Part shown: positions 49,756 through 62,490 of the stretch, piece by piece
How the letters are laid out: every line of letters starts with the position of its first letter
How positions within the stretch are numbered: the stretch's first letter is position 1
NCBI GenBank assembly: GCA_012295275.1
Contig: CM022667.1
Coordinates: forward strand, 4,154,001-4,218,000
Reading direction: 5' to 3'
Length of the DNA: 64,000 bases
Origin: Chrysomallon squamiferum
Taxonomy: Eukaryota; Animalia; Mollusca
Translations under genes and position numbers: made by a program
Notes under the pieces: generated by a model
Told to the model about the DNA's origin: nothing
The model's database searches: none
Seen by the model: only the letters and a program-made list of their open reading frames with translations

Positions 49756-50457
49756 CTTACACACCACTTTACTTAAAGTGTATATATAAATAAATACTGT
49801 TTGTTATTGTTATTGTTATTGTTATTGTTATTGTTGTTATTGTTATTATTATTATTATTACTATTATTATTATTATAATACCTATTTTTACACATGATTT
49901 TTTGGGGTACATTTTGTACATTTTTATTTTTATTTTTTATTTATTATAACAAATTTTTCTACTTCTCAATATTTTTAGTTTTAAATTTATTTATGTTTTT
50001 ACTGGTTTTGCGTACACATTATTTTCAGATATTTGAGCGTGCTCGGCAGCTGCTAGGAGTTGTAGACAACACGCTAGAGAATTTTTCCTACGTTCTGTCA
50101 AAGCATGTGCGTTGGCAGTCTCTGCTTTGCGATCTTCTGCAGTATTACCTGAACCAGTCATTCGGCGAGGGGTCGATGCTGCAAGATCTGGTGAAGAAAA
50201 CCAAAACCTGCCTCACTACAATCAGACTAGGGCAAGGTAATTTATCTGTTACAGAGATTTAATTTTTAATTTTTAATTTTTAATTTTATTTTTATTTTTA
50301 TTTTATTTTATTTTATTTATTTATTTATTTTTTTATTTATTATTATTTTTTTTATTTTATATTTATTTATTTCTTTGGTGATTTTGCAGGAGTTTGTTTT
50401 TTTCTTTGTGTTTATTTTATTCTAGTTTGCTGATTTTAGTTTTGTAATGTATTTTTG

Positions 50458-50494
<37 letters not shown>

Positions 50495-50835
50495 TAAAAT
50501 TTTGTTATTTATTTAATTATATATTTAATTTAGTTATTTTAGTTTTATTTTATTTATTTGAATATTTTTTAAATACACATTTATATATTTATTTTTTTAA
50601 ATTTATTTTTGCTTTATTTATTTATTTATGCTTATTACTTTAATTCTATTTTTATTAAATTCAATTTATTTACATATATTTATTTATATACTATTTATAT
50701 TTTTAAGTTTTATTTATTTAGTTATTTTACTGTTTGTTTATTTATTTACTTATTTATATTTTTATATTTTATTTACTTATTCACTTGTTTATAAATTTAT
50801 TTACTTATTTACTTATTTATTTATATTTTTATATT

Positions 50836-50870
<35 letters not shown>

Positions 50871-53800
50871 TATATTTGTTTGTTTGTTTACTCAGACATA
50901 CAGCCAAGTGATGAAGTGTTAGAACAGTGTACTGCATTTCTACTGAACATTCAGGACTGGGACTATCTCACTAATCTAGAAAACACAGCTAATGGCTACA
51001 TAGAGGTTTGTTCTGACTTGTTTCTCTTCAAAGTAAGAAACAAAACAAAAACAAGTTAATTCTACTAAAAATTCAGGACTAGGACTATCTCACTAATCTA
51101 GAAAACACAGCTAACAGCTACATAGAGTTTTGTTCTAACTGGTTTCTCTTCAAAGTAATGTTGTTGTATTTCCCATTCCTAAGTGGGCTCTAGTTTGTAA
51201 CCAGACATTACAGATTCTAGTTGTGTATTCATCTATATTTTTGTGTCAGCTCTTTTTCTCTCTGTATAAAAGCATTCAAATTAAAATTTATATTATTCCC
51301 AGTTTTGATTAAAACAAATTATTTTTGGTTACAGGTCAGTCGACTGATGGCTTGTGCTTGCCGGGAACTCCCAAACTCAAAAACTGTTCGCAAATTATCC
51401 CGAGATATGTGGGATGCAGGTTATTGCCATTTATCATAAAAAATTAACTGTCTGTAAAGTTTTAATTATTATTTTTTTTATTACCTGGTAACAACAGAAA
51501 ACAGGTTTGTCTTATTATTAGAACATTCCACTCAGACCTGACAGGTCACAGGATCAAATGGTTGGTGGGTTCTGTGTTGTATTTTCCACTTCAGTGTGGA
51601 TTCAAGTTGTTATTTAGTTGTATACATGACTAAGTATGAAAGATCAATCCTTGTGTCCAAACCCTGTAAGCTCTTTATCATTCCAACCATAGCTCCAATT
51701 TATGATTGATTTATGTTTTTATTTTTTTCTGTTGATTCAGTTAATTATTTTGCTGTTTAGTTATTTATGTTTGTTTAGTCGCATTTCTCTTGTTCAGTAT
51801 TTCATTTTTAATGAATTTATTGTTTGTTTTATTTTTAATTACTTTATTTATATTTTGTTTAGTTTATTAAAATTTCTTTAATTAAACTATTTAAATGATA
51901 TGTGTATTTCTGTGTGTGTGTGTGTATTGTATGCTTATTTATGTATTTACTTACTTGTTTATGTATTTCACTTTTAACAAATGTGTGTGTGTGTGTATTG
52001 TTTGCTTATTTATGTATTTACTTGTTTATGTATTTCACTTTTAAATGATTTATTTTTCAGTTGTGAAGATATTTCAGAGCAAGCCCAGCACTCGCGGTAC
52101 ATCCACTGGACGAGACAGTGCAATACATCGAGACCAGCAGAACGGAATTCTCTCTCGAGACTCCTTTCTCAGCTACCTGCATCGAATCAAGGTTTACACA
52201 AAATTTCTGTTATTAAAATCAAATTTATAAGTACATATGTGTGAGTAGGTAGGTTTTTAAAATCAATTTCTTGAGATTGCATAGACGTAATGATAAAACA
52301 GGATCGTATGAAAGTAAGGTTGTTTTTTGTTTTTGTTTTCATGTAGTTAGATATCAGATAGTGTAGAAATATTTTTTGAATTACTGTTAATTTTTAACAG
52401 ATAATAATAAATAAAATATATTACTTTTTATTTTTAAATTGCTTTTTTGGACATGTATATTAATTTAAATCTTTTATTTTATTTTATTTTTTTATTATAT
52501 TTTTTATTTTAATTTTTTTTATTTATTTATATATTTGGTTTTTTTAATTGGATTATTATCCAAACAAAAGAAATATGTTTATTTATTTAAATATTTAATT
52601 AATTCTTCTATTTGTTTACTTTATTAATGATATTTAAGAGTTTGTAGTTAAATGAAATAAATTTGAAATCAGGTATGTATTCAGGTGCATACACAGACAT
52701 ACCTTTATTTATTTTTATAATTGTTTAATTTTTTTTTTTTTTAATTTACTGGTTGTTTTCTTTTGTTTTTTTTGTAGGAGCCAACCATACTATCTTTGAT
52801 GATTTCTCTTTTAACCAAGTTGTTCACAATGCTGAAGGTATAGAAATTATTTGTTTTCTTCTTTCTTGTTTATTATTTAATTTACATATCTGATTTTCTT
52901 TCCATTTTTGAAATTTTATTATTTTGTTAATATGTCTGTAAATGTTCAGGTATGTTCATGTGTCTGACACTATGTTTATAACTAGTTCCTTCCATGCAGT
53001 TACAATCTGTACCTGTCCTTATTTACTAACACAATAACAACAACAACAACAACATCAAATAGATTAAAATAATAGAAAATAAATAAATAAAGAAAGAAAG
53101 AAAGAAAGAAAGAAAGAACAAACAAACCAACAAATGAACGAATGAATGAATTAATTAAAAAAGAAATACAGAAAGAAACAAAGAAAGAAAGAATAAGGAA
53201 AGAAAGAATGAAATAAAAGAAATAAGACAAATAAATAACATGTTACTGTCTGGCTGCACTATGCTACTTCACAAACACAACAGAAAATGAAGGCTAATAT
53301 TTCATAAACATAAATACTTTGTAAATGTCAAAACACACACTGGCTTAACAATACAATACAGTAGATTAAAAATAAAGCTCTTTGAATGCAAAAAGTTGAA
53401 TCACATCCAATTAATTCTGTTCTGAGTTAAGTTCAGTATGAATGTTAGCCAGAAATAGGGGCCTATCTGTAACCATACATTACTTTTGTGTACGTTTGTG
53501 TTTATGTGTGACATGGGTGAGTGTTGCTACATGAAGTGTGAAAATATGTTAAACAGCTGATATTTGGATCAGGAATGCTAAACAGAGATGTCAGCACAGT
53601 TTTTAAAAAGTAAATTTTTGTAAATATTTTGTTTTCCCTTCACAGGATGAAATCACCAGTGAGATATCCACTGATTACCTTGGACTGTGGCCAACTGTTG
53701 TGAACAAGTAATTTCTTATTTTTTCACTTCTGTTCTTGTTTCTCTCTCTCTCTTTTTTTTCTTCTTTCTTTCTTGCTTAAACTTAAAAAAATATATTATG

Positions 53801-55198
53801 AATAAAGAAATTTGATAAATTAATATTTTCAGAAAATGTACTAAAAAAACAAATATATAAATAAAAATTAAAAAATGCAAATTCTGGTTTTACTGAGTCA
53901 AATGAATTTTTTGCTCTCTATCTGTGTCTCTCTACATGTCTACATATTTTATGTTTCAGTATTAATTCTATAAGTGAGCAGTGTGTGTGTACTTGTCTAC
54001 ATGTCTGCATACTTTATGTTTCAGTATTAATTCTATAAGTGAGCAGTGTGTGTATGTGTGCTTGTCTACATGTCTGCATACTTTATGTTTCAGTATTAAT
54101 TCTATAAGTGAGCAGTGTGTGTATGTGTGCTTGTCTACATGTCTGCATACTTTATGTTTCAGTATTAATTCTATAAGTGAGCAGTGTGTGTATGTGTGCT
54201 TGTCTACATGTCTGCATACTTTATGTTTCAGTATTAATTCTATAAGTAAGCAGTGTGTGTGTATATGTGTGCTTGTCTACATGTCTACATACTTTATGTT
54301 TCAGTATTAATTCTATAAGTGTGAGCAGTGTGGCTGTATGTGTGCTTGTCTACATGTCTGCATATTTTATGTTTCAGTATTAATTCTATAAGTGTGAGCA
54401 GTGTGGAAGATGCTCTCACAGATCTGATGGATCACGCACTCACAGTGTGTCCTACACACACATCCTGGCTGCGCACACAGGCTGACATCTACTTTGGTAA
54501 ATACTTTTTGTCTCAACTGTTCAGTCTTTCACATTCTAACTAGAGCTCCATGACTGTAAAACATTTGATTTTCTTTTTTTTGTAAATGATATATATTTTT
54601 TATATATGTAAAACAGGAATGTATATGATGTTGTCCACATTTAAAAAGACTGATAAAAATTATTAATATTTCTGTATTTAAAATTTTGATGTTTCTTCTT
54701 TAACCAGTCTGGTTTTGATTTTTTCAATGTATTTATGTGGAGAAAAACTATAGTTAATATTGTCTGCATTCAAAGTCTGTCTTTTCTTCCATTTAAATAC
54801 TATATCTTTTAGCCAAAATGATTTTGATATTTACAGAGTATTTCTGTTTATCAAAGATAATTATTTATTTGTTTCTATTAAATATTTTAATTCCAGCCAA
54901 CTGTCAGTATTCAGCAGCTATGAAGTATTACCTGGAAGCTGGAGTTGTCTGTACTGATTTCTTCACAAGACCATTTAACAAAACAGTATTCGATGACCAG
55001 GTAAACAATACCAACTTCATTCTCCCCGTTTCATAATGATAACAGATTTTTTTTAAATGGAGATTTTAAACCCATTTACAAAACAGTATTTGATGAGCAG
55101 GTAAAAAAACTGTTGTGTTTATTTTCCCTGTTTATTAATGATGTTAAATTGTGTTTTTTTAAATGGAGATTAAAAGACAAAGATTAATTTGAGTAAAA

Positions 55199-55233
<35 letters not shown>

Positions 55234-55871
55234 TGGTTTAAAAGACAGTTTCTCTGAATATAAAAAAAAGAGAAAAAAGAAAGTGACACAAAAAGATAAA
55301 TATTAGTTTCAGAATAATCTAAAAAAAAAAAAAAAAAATAATCATAATAAAAAAAAAAAGAAATGCCAGTAAGAATAATACATTAATCTCTGAATATTCA
55401 AAGTAAATTTCTTTAAGTTCATAAACATAATCCAGAAATATTTGAAAATTGAATTTTTTAATTACTGGCATTACAAGAAACTTGTTTATTTTTAGCATGT
55501 TACAAATTCTGCTGAAAGCTTCAAAAGCCTAATTTGGCACTTTTATGCATTAACAACATATCTGTATAATTAGGAAAAAGTTGTTGGTAATTGTTACAGA
55601 TTTTCTGGAATGTTTTTCTTACAAGCAAATCCAGGGGATTTTGAATAAAAAATAATTAATTTTTGTGATTTCTATTGTAATATTTGTATGTATACATATA
55701 TATTTAAATCTATTTTTATTCAGGTCTATAGGAAAATGATAAAATGTTGTTCCTACCTGCAGTGTCACACACAGGTAAAATAAAAAAAATAAAAAAAAAA
55801 AATCAAGCCCTCATTTGTTTTCTTGTAAAAAAAGATATTATTATTTTTCTTTTTCTCATTTTATTTATTTA

Positions 55872-55913
<42 letters not shown>

Positions 55914-57531
55914 GAATACACCAATTGCAAAGGTATTATTTTGAAAAAAAAAAAAAAAAAATATTAGTTTTTAATTTTATAAATATAATTATTATCATTA
56001 TATTATATTACTTTTACAGTTCTTTGCAATCTTGTTCTTGTAAAAATCATTGCTGCTACTGTTGCTATTATTATTATTGTTATATCATTATTATTAATAA
56101 TTTTATTATTATTATTACTGTTATTACCATCATCATCATCATCATTTTATTATCATCATATTCACCTTCATATTCCTTTACTCCACCTGCCACTTGCAGT
56201 TTTACTAACTGTTGAAATTGTTACCATCGCTTACTGTTCTTGTTTTCTTGTCTGTCACCAGGTGGCACTGCTCTGCCAGTTTCTGGATGAAGTTGACTAT
56301 TCAACGGCGTTCAAAGCTCTGCAAGAACGCAACACCTACGATGCTATGGACGCCTACTACAGCTGCATCTGGGATGTCAGCATGCTGGAATATCTGATTC
56401 GTATCCTAATACTTTACTAACTTTTCATCTTCCAACCAGAGCTCATTATCTTTTCATCTCTGCACAATATAATTCTTTCTTCTTCAATTTTTTTTTTGTT
56501 TTTGTTTTTTTTTGTTGTTTTTTTTGAATTCAAAGTAAAGATGTCTTGTCTTAATATTTACAATCAGATAATTTTTACAATCAGAATAGTTTTTTAAAAT
56601 GTACTTTTTTTATTATTATTATTTTGTTCCAGTTAAAAGTTTTATATTTCATTTTTACTATTTTTATATATTTATTGTTATGATTATTTAAATTCTTTTT
56701 AAAAATTGATATTTATGTTTGTGAGATCTGTTAAGTAAACATACGATATCTCAAACTTTTTTGGTTACAACCAGAACGATTTATATTTTTATTATTATTC
56801 ATTTATTTTTTTTATTTTTTTATTTTTTTATATATATATTTTGGCTTATACTGTGGATATTGAAAAATATTATTTGATTAATATGTAAAAAAAATAAAAT
56901 AAAAAAAATAATAATTTTATAAAACTACAAGATAATCAAAAGTAAATTATTCCTCAACAAAAACTAGATCTTCATACAAAACGAGGGGAATCTGAAAAAC
57001 GGCAGTCAGCAGTGAGTTTATCATGTTTACTATTAATTAGAAAATGTACATTAACATGAAATTTAAATTTTTCTGCTCATTTGTTTCTCTCTTTCTCTAT
57101 ATGTATACATGTGTATGTATGTCTGTATGTATATAGAAGTAATATTATATTAATTATTACTATTATAATAATAAGAAACAATAGTCAAATTACAAGAGAA
57201 TTTATATAATTAATAACAATGATGATAATAAATACTCAATGTGTACCTGTGTGTTATTGTGCATGTGTCTACACACACACACACAGATACACATTATTGA
57301 GTAGTATTATAATTATTGTTGTCGTTATTATGTAAATTATTACACACACACACATGACTTTTCCAGTTATTTACCTGTTTATATATTTATTTAATTTTAC
57401 TTATTTTGACAGCTGCGAGCTCTCAGCCAAGTGGACATCAACAGCAACAACCCTGAAGAGGTGCAGCGTCGTGCCGTGTGTCTGAGGAAAAACAAATTTC
57501 TACTGCTCTGGCCAAGCAGTATTTGACATGA
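37733..57531 (+). CDS. INTS8: Integrator complex subunit 8 (27 coding exons; apparent 1-nt frameshift in the last exon)
   Basis: Exons: 37733-37859, 39092-39238, 39619-39718, 41872-42018, 42917-42982, 43499-43559, 44050-44220, 44512-44604, 46632-46775, 47179-47276, 47636-47768, 47960-48024, 48358-48551, 48884-49020, 49513-49626, 50029-50236, 50896-51005, 51335-51419, 52061-52191, 52778-52837, 53646-53707, 54378-54496, 54897-55000, 55724-55774, 56262-56400, 56968-57011, 57413-57531. Motifs matching INTS8 are WYEFIL (human WFEFLL, PP2A-binding), DPSPVDLIIQFL, LLAMKVAAHLKW, ITYDLG, RLKGY, VALLCQFL, DAMDAYY.CIWDV.MLEYL, KRGE and NSNNPEEV. Confidence 0.96.
40860..41860. repeat. Degenerate about 31-bp minisatellite (aaatacaaactttatttcatgactgagatatt) running up to an INTS8 acceptor
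   Basis: A recurrent caaactttatttcatgact core with higher-order duplications. It ends just before the acceptor at 41871. Confidence 0.8.
44676..46654 (+). repeat. 48-bp minisatellite (roughly 40 copies) made of an INTS8 intron 3' end + acceptor + first 23 exon bases
   Basis: Unit tttaacatatactgtaatgttttag|ttggacaaaccggtgtactgctg. The last copy is the true acceptor (46631/46632) and continues into the exon LDKPVYCCVNAARLKGY. Confidence 0.95.
49668..49752. repeat. (GA)n microsatellite
   Basis: Direct reading of the sequence. Confidence 0.95.
53925..54402 (+). repeat. 69-73-bp minisatellite (7 copies) containing an INTS8 acceptor and the exon start
   Basis: tttatgtttcag|tattaattctataagt occurs with its AG ending at 53959, 54024, 54093, 54162, 54231, 54304 and 54377. 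The last is the in-frame acceptor. Confidence 0.95.
56401..56967 (+). other. U12-type (minor spliceosome) GT-AG intron in INTS8
   Basis: 5' splice site GTATCCT, branch-site-like TTCCTCAAC at 56950-56958 about 10 nt before the AG, and no polypyrimidine tract. The flanking exons join in frame (EYLI-H-LHTKRGE). Confidence 0.8.
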
Positions 57532-58207
57532 CAACAGCAAAATAAACTGACGATTTATTGACATTACTTAACACATCTCACAACTTGCTGGTAATAAATA
57601 TTACATTTAGAGTGACTCTGTGGTGGCGCTAGATAAATAACATACATAAACGGTTAAACAGCAACCTTATTGTTAACTTTATTGTTAACAAAGATTGCTT
57701 TTTGAGTAACCGTGCCAGCTGTTTGAATGTGTAGAATATGTGTTAGTGTTCCTTTTTTTTTTTTTACTTTTGTTTACTATTTCTGCAGTTGTAATGATTA
57801 TGAGATTGTCCAAATTCTGCATTTATGCTTAAAATTTAAAAAATTGTCAGATTTTCCAAAGCAGTCTAGTTTCACTTTTTACTTTATCCAGAGTTTTGTG
57901 ATTGTGTGAAGTTTAAGATGTTTAGTTTAACTCTAATGTCACTGTTTAGTCAAAAGAATGTGATTGTTTAGTGAATGCTTTCCTCCTGGACCCTCTAGAA
58001 GCACCAGAAGCACCACCACCACCACCACCACCAGTAATAACAAAACTATTGTTTACATATACTCTCACTTATATATAAAAGAGTAAAACAACAGAGACAA
58101 AAACAGGATAGAATATTTCATCTGAAAACAGTATTACAGCATAAAAACATTCATTTCATTCAAAACAAAATCAGGAAGACTACAGCATACTTATATACAG
58201 CAAGATC

Positions 58208-58254
<47 letters not shown>

Positions 58255-60605
58255 TGTTCATGTGTATACTGAATGCTGATATCATTAAATTTAAACTTGT
58301 TATTCATTATCTTTTTTTTTTTCATTTGGACATTTTTCTTTCTTCTTCGTCTTATTATTTTAAATTGTACACTGTGTATTGAGGTGAGGTGAATAAGTTT
58401 TTGTTCACTGAAATGTTAAGCTGGGATGACCAAAATAACCATTCTACACAAAATTAGTGTTTGAAAAATGAAGTTAATGGCAAATGTTTGTTTCTGTCAA
58501 ACAGAAATTAAAATAAAAACAACACCTGGAAAAATTGTGATTTTTTCATTCTTTTTTTATTAACTGGTTGAATATTTGATTATAGCTTTTAAAATTATTG
58601 TTTATCTCATTTGTATAGTATATTAAGCTGATAGAAAAACAAATACAAAACAATGTACAAACATGCTAGTTTTTGACCTCTAATAACATGATAGAACCTT
58701 ACTTACCTAACAGTTTTATTTTATTTTATGTTTTCATTTTCATTTCTAATTTTTATTTCTTTGTTTCTTTATTTTCAAATTACAACTTGTTTTCTGAGTG
58801 ATTTTTTTTTAGATCATGTGAAATCCCACTAATTTTTTATTTATATATTTTTTTATCTAATTATTATTATTATTTTTAATTTTTTTACAGAATTAATTAT
58901 TAATGCTGTGTTTGTTGAAAAAAAAAAAAAAAAAAAAAGAAATCTGGTTAACAGGTCAAAGGACAAAAAAAATTTTAAAATTTTATTTTTTGTAATGAGA
59001 ATGTAAAGAAGTTTTTGTATTTTCTTAATATTCTACAATTTGCAAAAGTCAAAATGGAAATCCTTTATCTGCATTTGGGGTTTTTATTTATTTAAGAAGT
59101 AACTGAATGATGTGTAACATTTTACAATAAAAAGTTGTAAGATATAAAATACATCATTTTTTTGTTTTGGATTATACATACATACATACACACACATACA
59201 TACATACATACATACATACATGTATATACTTATACCAATTCATTAGTGATTTTATAAAGAAATTTAAATAGCATTATTTATTTACTGCCATATTTTTATT
59301 CTGTTTTAAGTATCACATAATAAATACTCAATGGATTAAAGCCTGTTATATCTTTTTTTTTTTTTTTTTTCCATTGTTTTCCAGACTGTTTCAAAATGAG
59401 GTACCATTGGCAGACGTCAGTGCTTAAAGTAAATAAGATTCAAACTTGGAGTGGTTTAAATATAGACTGTTTCTCAATATATATATAGATCGAAAATCAT
59501 TGGTTAATTTGTAAAGTTTGTAGCTTTTTGGAACAGTCCGTTATGCTGACAGTATCTTGAAAGGTACGATTTAAGATAATTTTATATTTCAAGAATAAAA
59601 CCCTAATAACAACAAAAACAACAACAACAACAACAAGTAAAGCATAAAATAATAAAATAAAATTTAAATAGCAATAAAAAGTGAAATATGAATGATTAAA
59701 AAATAAAGAATAATAAATACTGATAAGTGAATATAAAGAAACATGAAGATAGATAAAAATTCTGAAGAATAAAACAGAAAAACAAAAAATAAATACAATG
59801 CAAACAAAATAGAACACAAGAATGATAATTTGAAAAAATAATAAATATAAGTAAGTCATTAAGAAGAAGAAAAAAGACTCAGGAATTTAATCATGGAAAG
59901 TTGAAAAAAATGAATACAATTAAAAATAAATTTAATAACACGGAAAGGAGAAAAAGAAATGAAAATCTAATAATTAAATCATTTAAACAAAAGAAAATAT
60001 AAAGAAAAAGAATAGAAAAATAACATGGAAATAAAAAGATAAAAAAATAATACAAAACTAACTAAATAAATAAGATAGAAAAGATAAACAAAATAATAAT
60101 ATCTAAATAACAGTTATAATCATTTAAAAAAAAAAAGTAAGACAAATCATGAATATGAAGAAATAAGAAGAAACAAGAAAGATAAGTTGAAATGATAACA
60201 GTAAATGTAAGAGAAATGATGAATAAATGGAAACAAAAATATGAAGAATAAGAAGAAACAAAGCAGAAAAAAGAAAAAAAGTTCAGTTTTTACTGATAAT
60301 AATACAAGTATTAATTATTCATATCAGTATACCTTATTACATTATATGCCTATAATAATAATAATCCAAATAATAATAATATAAAAAAACAAAATTATGG
60401 TAACTCGTTATAGCCTCGTTTTAGTCTCGTTCAACTCGGACTATTACCTGTGTAAATAGTAACCCGAAAAACAAATAGCGAAAGTTGCGAAATATCAATG
60501 TAATAAGACACACAGATATGGAAAATTAATACTTGGTTAAAAGGAATCAAACAATCACGACTGCATCGTCTTTCACTTTGTAATTTGAGAAGTACTGATT
60601 TCGAT

Positions 60606-60831
60606 ATGGCCGAAGAAAACAAAGAACAAAACGAAACGAAACCCCAAAGACCGCCTATAGCTAAACATGATTCTTCTGTACTCGACATGGCGTTTGTTAT
60701 GGATTGTACAGGTAAATATATTTTATATTATGTTAAATGATTTTGTAATCTAAAATAGATTTTAATCACATTTAACAACCTATGTTAGAAGTGTTTCTTC
60801 ATCATCATTTTGTTCTTCTTTGTAAGTTTGT

Positions 60832-60865
<34 letters not shown>

Positions 60866-61881
60866 GTTGTTGTTATTATTATTATTATTATTATTTCTAG
60901 GGAGTATGTCTAATTACATAAGAACAGCGAGAAACAACATTAACAAAATCGTGGAGACTATATTTGCTACGGAGAAGAGTGACGTACATTTGGCCCTGGT
61001 TGAATACCGTGACCATCCACCTCAGGACGATACCTTTGTCACGAAATCCCACGACTTCACCAGCAAAATTTCTGAAATGAAACAGTGGCTGGAGAACTGC
61101 TCTGCTAAGGGTGGTGGCGATAAACCTGAAGCTGTAGCAGACGGCCTTCACGATCTTCTTAAACTGAACTGGCGTCCTGCAGCAACAAAAATAGCAATTT
61201 TAATATCGGATGCACCACCTCACGGTCTGGAAAAACGTGGTGACAAGTTTCCAGATGGCTGTCCCGCAGGGCTGGATCCTCTGCAGATAGCACGAGATCT
61301 TGCTAAGAAAGAGATAACTCTGTACGTTGTTGGATGCGAACCGTCACTAAAACCATACAAAGAGTTTTTCATGGGTTTGGCGTATATTACCGGGGGTCAG
61401 TACGTTCCGCTGGCCGGGTATCGAGCGTTGACGCAGATTATTATTGGAGGGGCCCAGGAAGAGTTGTCCCTGGAGCAGCTGATGGACGAGGTCAACAGGG
61501 AGGTGCAGGAAGAAATCGGAGAAGAAGAGGCTTACGATGCTGATCATGTGGCCGTCAGGGTTCATTCCAAACTGGCAAGCAAAGGTTTTAAGACCAAGAA
61601 ACTGACTATGAACTCGGTTGGTGTGTGTAAGGTCAGCGAGAAAGCGAAAGCTTATTCAAAAATGGATGCAATGTTTCAGGCTTCAGAAGCTGCAAAAGAT
61701 TCGACGCCTGACGAAGATTCGCCACTTGAGTATGATGGCGAGGTCTTGGGTGCAAAAGGTAGAACAGTCGAAGACGAAGACGTGTACGAATGTGTGGAAT
61801 CGTCTCTAGATCTGGAACAAGTGCAGAGAATGGTTAACAAATCAGTTGCCAGAATACTTCCAGGTATTTATAATTTTGTGT

Positions 61882-61912
<31 letters not shown>

Positions 61913-62126
61913 TGTTTTTTTGTTTGTTATTTAGAGGGAATATACCTTACATTGTTTTAAATAAATAAATAAATATATATATTATTGAAAATTGTTGATG
62001 TTAGCAGTAGTAGTAGTAGTATTTATAATATTTGTTTTAGCAGTAATGTTATTGTTGTCATTATTAATGTTCAGATTAATTAATTAATTTCTTTAATTTT
62101 TCAAGTGCTTCTATTTATATTTAGTT

Positions 62127-62164
<38 letters not shown>

Positions 62165-62431
62165 GCTACTAGTAAGATTAGTAGAATTTTAAGTTTTATT
62201 CAACAGTCTATAGAGAAGACAAATACACATGCACATATGCACAGAAAGACAAGACATGTCACTGTTGAAAGTTTCAGACCAAAACAAATAACCAATATTA
62301 TGACCCATCTTGTTTGTAGCTCATTTTTTTATATTTACAGATACTGTAAGAACCGTACGTTAGATTTCATTGGTGTGTATGTATGTATGTATCTACTTAT
62401 GTCGTTGTTATTGTTGTTGTAGTAGTAATAG

Positions 62432-62469
<38 letters not shown>

Positions 62470-62490
62470 TCAGGGGCAAAACCTAAATAA
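60606..62490 (+). CDS. Stand-alone von Willebrand factor A domain protein of the VwkA/alpha-kinase-associated type, about 361 aa
   Basis: Exons 60606-60711, 60901-61863 and 62474-62490 splice in frame. The protein has the MIDAS motif LDMAFVMDCTGSM and the motifs YRDHPPQD, DFT, AKGGGDKPEAVADGL, LNWR and LISDAPPHG. No signal peptide, TM segment or kinase domain is visible. Confidence 0.88.

Noticed and set aside
60810-60900. Poly-Leu 'signal peptide/TM' at the start of the 374-aa ORF
   Set aside because: It is an intronic (TTG/TTA)n microsatellite. The true N-terminus comes from exon 60606-60711.
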